From positions 112,833,132-112,897,131 of the forward strand of contig JASCQW010000001.1 in NCBI GenBank assembly GCA_030264375.1: a DNA stretch of 64,000 nucleotides, written 5' to 3'. This DNA comes from Carcharhinus longimanus. Lineage: Eukaryota. Within the stretch, counting starts at the first letter, position 1. Each line of letters begins with the position of its first letter. Both the position numbers and the translations under genes were made by a program. Below the pieces are notes generated by a model. The model was not told where the DNA came from. It searched no databases and saw only the letters and a list, made by a program, of their open reading frames with translations. This document shows, one piece after another, positions 62,131 through 64,000 of the stretch.

Positions 62131-63896
62131 AAACTGCTGATTGATAGCACTCTGTGTACTGCTGTTAGAATTGTAAATAAAGGGATTTTGGTGAAGGGAC
62201 TTCAGCCTTCGAAGACTTAGTACACTTGTGTCAACAAACAGTGAAATAGCAAGCATAATTTTGTTTTCAACTGCAGGCTGGATTTGTTTTAAAAAAAATG
62301 TGATGTGTCTTGGGATTTAAACGGCTCGACAGTTCCATGCAATTTGACCTCGGTTTATTCACATTCATGTCTACTGTTACAATCCAGAGGGATATCTGTC
62401 CTATCCCAAAGAGCATCTGTTCTCTCCCAAAAGGCAACTTATCAGAAGGGATATTTTACCTCTCCAACCAACTCCAGCAGCTGTAGACCTTTCCCTCAAA
62501 TGTATAAAGTTCATGGGTTGTATTTTGAATTTCAACAACAACAATTGGATCTGTTTGCACTTTTATGTGTGCAGCTGCATCTATGAACCATCACTGAGCA
62601 AAATACAACCTACTTTCATTTCCAACTCCCCTCCCCGCAAAATCATTGCCCACCCTCCCCTTCCCACTACTCTCCAGCAAAAATGGGTTCAGGACTTCTG
62701 GAATCAGGGCTCTGTTGCCATTTTGGCTAAGGTGCAGACCCAATCCATCTCTGCAAAAGTTTAGACCATAACTTAAGAAATAATTATTCTTTAGTTTTCT
62801 ACCCTGAACAAAATATTTTACTTAGACAACAGCTTCTCTGCTTACATAAATAAATTAGGTGTGATAGCACTCACATTTCTAACTTAAGAATAGCAGTTTT
62901 GATATAGAAGGGTCAAAGAATCCTATTCTTGTACAAATGTGATTATCAAGATTTATTTCATTCTTGTTTCATTGTTTAGTTATCAGAATTTTAGGAGCAT
63001 GAATAAATTGGTTTTTAATGATAAAAGTTTTCAGGGGTTTACAATTTTTTTTGCATTGTACCTCTCCTGCAAAAGTTGACACCATGAGGAAAAGTATTTG
63101 AAGATCAGCATCTACTTATTAATATCACTTTACCTATGGTCAATAAAGATTTTCTCTCTCTTGTGGTATCATGGAACTGCTGATGGGAGAAGATTCAGAA
63201 TTGTAGGTGAAAGCAATTTTCAAAGGATTCCAGGCAATCCTCTAAGTATTAAATGCAGTCTGATGATGAACACAAATGGGGAAGATTTGTATTTGCACCA
63301 TCTGCTTCCATTTTATTTGCCAATAATTTTGCAACCAAAGAAAATTCCTTTCAGCTGTATTCTACTTCAAAGTCCTGACCTCCCATAGCTTCCTTTGCAA
63401 AACCACCAGTACTGCCTCCACAGTACCTTGAGGCATCTAACTAATGGAGATATGAGTCAGTGCATTCTGATTTTGACTGTTAAAAATAAACCCTTTACCA
63501 ATGGAACTCTTGCACTACTTAATAAAAAGAGAACAGCATTTGTATAACCAAGTCAAGCATAGCTATTCCTTTATGTCAGTAAAAGTACTCCACTCTTTAT
63601 GGCAAACAAAAAGTATTTCCCTGATTATATGTCATTAAAACTATAATTCTAGCCCTCATTGGAGGTACAAAATACTCAAATAAATTAAAGGTTGTTTGTC
63701 ACTGTATATAGTACAACTGGGAAGTTACTTCTGTATGTGCAACATTATTTTACAGAATTACGCAACCAACATTACCAGGCTGTTAAGAGTTTAAGAACTT
63801 GGAACTCAACACATAACTGAACAGTTTTCATTAAGACAAACTGTACACAATATGATAATAGGTTATTTTGCAATTAACAGATTTTAATGCAATAAA

Positions 63897-64000
63897 AACA
63901 AAGAACATTGCAACACAGGAAGGCCTTTGGCCCTCCAACCCTGCACTGACTACACTGCCTGACTTAACTAAAACCCCCTACCTTTCCGGGGACCATATCC
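63897..64000 (-). mobile_element. CR1-type 3' tail running off the window edge
   Basis: AACAAAGAACATTGCAACACAGGAAGGCC..GGCCCTCCAACCCTGCAC, the same tail type as at 43822. Confidence 0.7.

Overview
Vertebrate genomic DNA from a draft assembly with many N gaps, about 40% GC by eye. The repeat content (CR1/HER1-type LINEs, HE1-type V-SINEs, SacSINE1-type Deu-SINEs, Rex1/Babar, Penelope termini) points to a cartilaginous fish, most likely a shark. The window looks intergenic or deep-intronic. I found no intact protein-coding gene, rRNA, tRNA or CRISPR array, and nearly all listed ORFs are chance ORFs, N-gap artefacts or decayed retroelement fragments. Supported content: many 5'-truncated LINE relics (CR1, Rex1/Babar, RTE, L2), SINEs, a decayed Ty3/Gypsy element on the minus strand (LTR, tRNA-Leu PBS, gag, CCHC knuckle, DTG protease), Penelope termini with hammerhead-ribozyme-like cores, and many non-autonomous TIR elements. 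Most notable: a fold-back of two Penelope ends with hammerhead-like cores (8478-8678); an old ~550-bp local duplication whose two copies were each hit by a different LINE; a hAT/Charlie-like element inside a Deu-SINE; V-SINEs with different 3' tails; and a few unassigned exon-like segments. All family calls come from recognising motifs by eye, not from database searches. I did not find convincing evidence of a wholly new biological system.
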